A stretch of DNA of 64,000 nucleotides from Eukaryota sp. GEM-RC1. Taxonomy: Eukaryota. The notes under the pieces were generated by a model. That model was not told the origin of the DNA. It did no database searches and saw only the letters and a program-made list of their open reading frames with translations. The stretch spans positions 930,001-994,000 of the forward strand of contig JAUFOQ010000017.1 in assembly GCA_040285855.1 (NCBI GenBank), read 5' to 3'. The position numbers and the translations under genes were made by a program. Every line of letters begins with the position of its first letter. The stretch's first letter is position 1. This document shows, piece after piece, positions 63,301-64,000 of this stretch.

Positions 63301-64000
63301 ACATAGCCTGATGGTGGTAAGCATGAGTTGATATGATGCAAGCGGAAGCGACGGTTGCTGTGTAGCCAACGGACGGTATTCTACCAGTCACAGAGCTGTA
63401 GAAAAAGTCTTTTGAGAGTTTGGGATTGGCTCCTCGTGTAGAGAGTTGTGTGTTGGTAATAGCCCCACTACTGCCACGTCACTGCCAGCAGAAAGTCATA
63501 TAAGGGTAAGCGAAAAAGGGGACGAGATGTTCATGCAATGTACCTTTGTTATAGAAGTACTGTAGTTGTATCTTGTGGAGGTATGAACTATAGACAACAA
63601 GTTTTAGTGAGGTTGGGTTCAATCTCAGATCAAAGACCTTTGCAATAACATCTTTCTAATACGATCATTGTTTGCTTCCATGCCATCTCAAACTACAAGA
63701 AGAGTATTCGTTTGAGATAACGTTAGAACATTCATTCAGTTTACTTAGTAAGTTCCTTGAAGTATAGATAATACACTTCTTCTCAACTAAAAGACAAAAC
63801 ACAACTACAAATCTGTTACATCTTCCCCAAAACTAGGACACACTTCCCACAAACCTTCACGATTGGCATCAATAGACCGATGAGAATCATATGCAGTCTA
63901 CCGACGGAGTTGATCCACTAAACAATCCTGAAAGAAGTTCGTTTGAATCAAGCTCGTTATATGCAGAACCAAAAGAATATTGGTAGGTTAAATTAGAGAG

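Overview
AT-rich nuclear DNA from a compact eukaryotic genome, most likely a flagellated protist (inferred from JHY-like, CCDC42/CFAP73-like and kinesin-13-like genes and 28-33 nt GT-AG introns; standard genetic code). Genes include UBE2O-like E2, RRP5, SMC1, PIP5K, DNA2, an RWDD2-like gene, tRNA-Val(AAC), an expanded LRR family, and two bacterial-looking genes (CysE with an N-terminal hydrophobic leader, DUF1624-type membrane protein). Intergenic DNA is packed with non-autonomous hAT elements (8-bp TSDs) and relics of RLE-type non-LTR retrotransposons. Many genes are broken by an apparently missing base in a homopolymer, probably assembly error. The most unusual item is a decayed Ty3/gypsy-type retroelement (~60.55-62.38 kb) whose upstream coding region has one perfect viral-type 2A StopGo motif (GDVESNPGP), a second near-perfect one (GDIESNPDP) and a possible truncated third. 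All family assignments are by visual motif recognition; no database search was run.
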